From a bacterium (lineage in GTDB: Bacteria; Hydrothermota; 32-111), in assembly GCA_046484245.1 (NCBI GenBank), contig JAWOBN010000117.1, positions 1 to 15,979 on the forward strand: a stretch of DNA of 15,979 nt. The letters run 5' to 3'. Made by a program: the position numbers and the translations under genes. Of the stretch, positions 15,826 to 15,979 are shown one piece after another. The notes under the pieces were generated by a model that saw nothing but the letters and a program-made list of their open reading frames with translations, was not told where the DNA came from and made no database searches. Within the stretch, counting starts at the first letter, position 1; every line of letters starts with the position of its first letter.

Positions 15826-15979
15826 CTAAAACCTTATACTCACTCCCACCTTGTATTCCAGTGTCTTATAGTACTCACTGACAGCATAATCGGCATTTGC
15901 TTGTATATTAAAATATGATTTACTGATATTGATGTTTGAACCGAGTTTATGTCTTACCTGCTCTGATGTGCCTGTATAG
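15826..15979 (-). CDS. 3' end of a probable outer-membrane beta-barrel protein (partial)
   Basis: Not in the ORF track. Open frame 15978..15826 reads YTGTSEQVRHKLGSNINISKSYFNIQANADYAVSEYYKTLEYKVGVSIRF*. It has alternating amphipathic strands and a terminal Phe, like a BAM beta-signal. Confidence 0.7.
   Translation of the reverse strand, partial: YTGTSEQVRHKLGSNINISKSYFNIQANADYAVSEYYKTLEYKVGVSIRF

Larger units (their letters stand above)
15421..15827. repeat. Cluster of ten degenerate heptamer tandem-repeat blocks in about four families
   Basis: CTTGAAA/CCTGCAA type at 15421-15443, 15550-15580 and 15693-15716. ACCAGCC type at 15450-15480, 15723-15747 and 15811-15827. CTTTTAC/CGTTTTC type at 15511-15541 and 15637-15664. 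TCAACCA type at 15586-15620 and 15771-15805. Confidence 0.9.

Noticed and set aside
15421..15827. CRISPR array
   Set aside because: Only two copies of the 21-bp repeat, 127 bp apart. The intervening DNA is itself heptamer repeats rather than unique spacers, and no cas genes are present.

Overview
Almost the whole window is one tightly packed minus-strand gene run of 19 genes (15321 down to <1), with every junction either overlapping or at most 8 nt apart. It starts at a perfect TTGACA-N16-TATAAT promoter whose -10 box lies 6 nt from the first ATG, which suggests a leaderless mRNA. Gene order: a secreted protein with a T9SS/Por-like C-terminal domain; a complete 13-gene Mbx/Mbs-type (Mrp plus complex I-like) membrane oxidoreductase in the order A-B-C-D-E/F-G-H-H'-M-J-K-L-N; the redox repressor rex; a gamma-carbonic-anhydrase-family gene; an SLH-domain lipoprotein; a PDZ/radical-SAM DUF512 protein; and the first 15 codons of a probable Der GTPase. 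In the oxidoreductase, subunit L lacks two of the four [NiFe] cysteines, and subunit N is fused to a GltD/NfnL-like FAD/NADP(H) module. Upstream (15363-15827) is a structured non-coding region: ten blocks of strand-polarised heptamer tandem repeats in about four families, and three hairpins sharing a C(TCCG)G loop. It begins at the stop codon of a probable outer-membrane beta-barrel gene that the ORF track missed. The host looks like an anaerobic diderm bacterium, possibly FCB-adjacent such as WOR-3/TA06 (inference only). All assignments come from motif recognition by eye; no searches were run.
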